DNA from: Camelus dromedarius
Taxonomy: Eukaryota
Length of the DNA: 64,000 nt
Direction of reading: 5' to 3'
NCBI RefSeq assembly: GCF_036321535.1
Contig: NC_087436.1
Span: 31,374,001-31,438,000 of the forward strand
Position 1 is the stretch's first letter. Every line of letters begins with the position of its first letter. The notes beneath the pieces were generated by a model. The model was not told the origin of the DNA. It ran no database searches and was given only the letters and a program-made list of their open reading frames with translations. Of this stretch, positions 62,900 through 64,000 are shown one piece after another. The translations under genes and the position numbers were made by a program.

Positions 62900-64000
62900 A
62901 TCTGGATCAATTGTACCCACAATGCTGAAGGGTTTTAAGCGGGGAAATGACATGAATCTGTTAACGTTTTGAAAAGATCCCCCTGATTGCTCTATGGGGA
63001 ATGGGTGGCATCAGGGCAAGAGGAAAAAGCAGAGAAACAAGACATGAGAAGATTCCAATAACCCAAAATAGAAAAGACAAAGTGACCTGAACAAGGGTGG
63101 TAGCAGTCCAGGTAGAAAGAAGTAGCTGAGCTGAGAAAGATTTTTAAAGTGAGCAAGTGCCAACAGGGCTTTTTAAGTGATTAGAAATGGGGAAGGAGTA
63201 ACTCCTAGGCCTGAGCAACTGAGGAAGTGTAGAAATATTAATCAAAAACAAAACAATTGGGAATGAACAAGCAAGGAGCCCTACAAAAAAAAAATCAAGA
63301 TTTCTCCTTTTAACAAGCCACAATTGATGTACCTATTAGACATCAAAGTGGAGTCAAATGTACAGGTGAATATACCAGCCTGAAACTCAGGGGAGAAACT
63401 GGAGCTAGAGTTACAAACTTATAAGCCATCAGCCTATAACTGTAGTAAATGACAAGAGACTGGATGAAGTCACCTAGAGGGAACATGGAGCCAAAACAGT
63501 CAGGCCAAAAGACTGGAAAATGGAGACGTCAGTAAGAAAAGCTCAGAAGCAACCAGTGAAACAGAAGGAAACCTTGATATCTAGGGTCCCAGAAGCCAAG
63601 TAAAGTGTGGCCATGCAGCTGAGAGCTTGAACGAGACACACACAAATGACTGACACTGGCCTTGGCAAGCTGGAGGTCAGGGAGGCCATGACAAGAGCAG
63701 TTCCAGTGGAAGGATGGGGAGAAAATCGTGATTAAAGCACATTTATCCTAAAGTATAAGAGGAGAAGAAATGAATACAGCAAGTCTAGGCAACTTTTTCA
63801 ATGAATTTTACTGTCAAGGGGAGCAGAGAAATAGAGTGGTAGCAGAAAGGGAAAATAAAGGAAGGGTTTTTCTTTTAAAGATGGAAAACATTGCACCATG
63901 TTTATAAGCCAATGAGAATGATCTAGCAGAAAAGGGGGAAAATGATGAAACAGATGAGTGATGAGATGGTACAGTGGCAGAGAATACCAGAAAATAAGAG
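62900..64000 (-). mobile_element. L2 LINE internal region (runs off the window end)
   Basis: gaagggttttaagcggggaaatgacatga..tttgaaaagatcccc..tattagacatcaaagtggag..gactggatgaagtcacctagagg..catgacaagagcagttccagtgg. Confidence 0.88.

Overview
This is mammalian, AT-rich, CpG-poor genomic DNA, almost certainly from a camelid: a tRNA-Ala-derived Vic-1-type SINE with a 14-bp TSD lies at about 62.65-62.81 kb, and there are young camelid/cetartiodactyl-type L1 3' ends. I can support no intact protein-coding exon, RNA gene or CRISPR-like array; the listed ORFs are chance ORFs or decayed L1/L2/CR1/MaLR reading frames. Much of the window is transposon debris: L1 (every recognisable copy on the + strand), L2, MIR, one CR1/L3, MaLR solo LTRs plus a near-complete MLT1A-type provirus, LTR33, a probable Gypsy-type LTR and hAT MITEs. 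The L1 polarity, the A-richness of the + strand and several well-formed minus-strand splice-site pairs (best at 58752-58846 and 1199-1464) suggest large introns in the 5' non-coding part of a minus-strand gene or lncRNA, which I cannot name. I see no convincing novel biological system. The best leads are a uORF-laden exon ending in ATG-AG|GT, a recursive-splice-site-like AG|GT motif, several clean retrotransposition fossils (a tail-only insertion, a short 3' transduction, a 5' foldback) and homeodomain/CTCF motif clusters. Repeat family names come from my recollection of consensus sequences, boundaries are approximate unless a TSD is given, and RepeatMasker/Dfam confirmation is needed.
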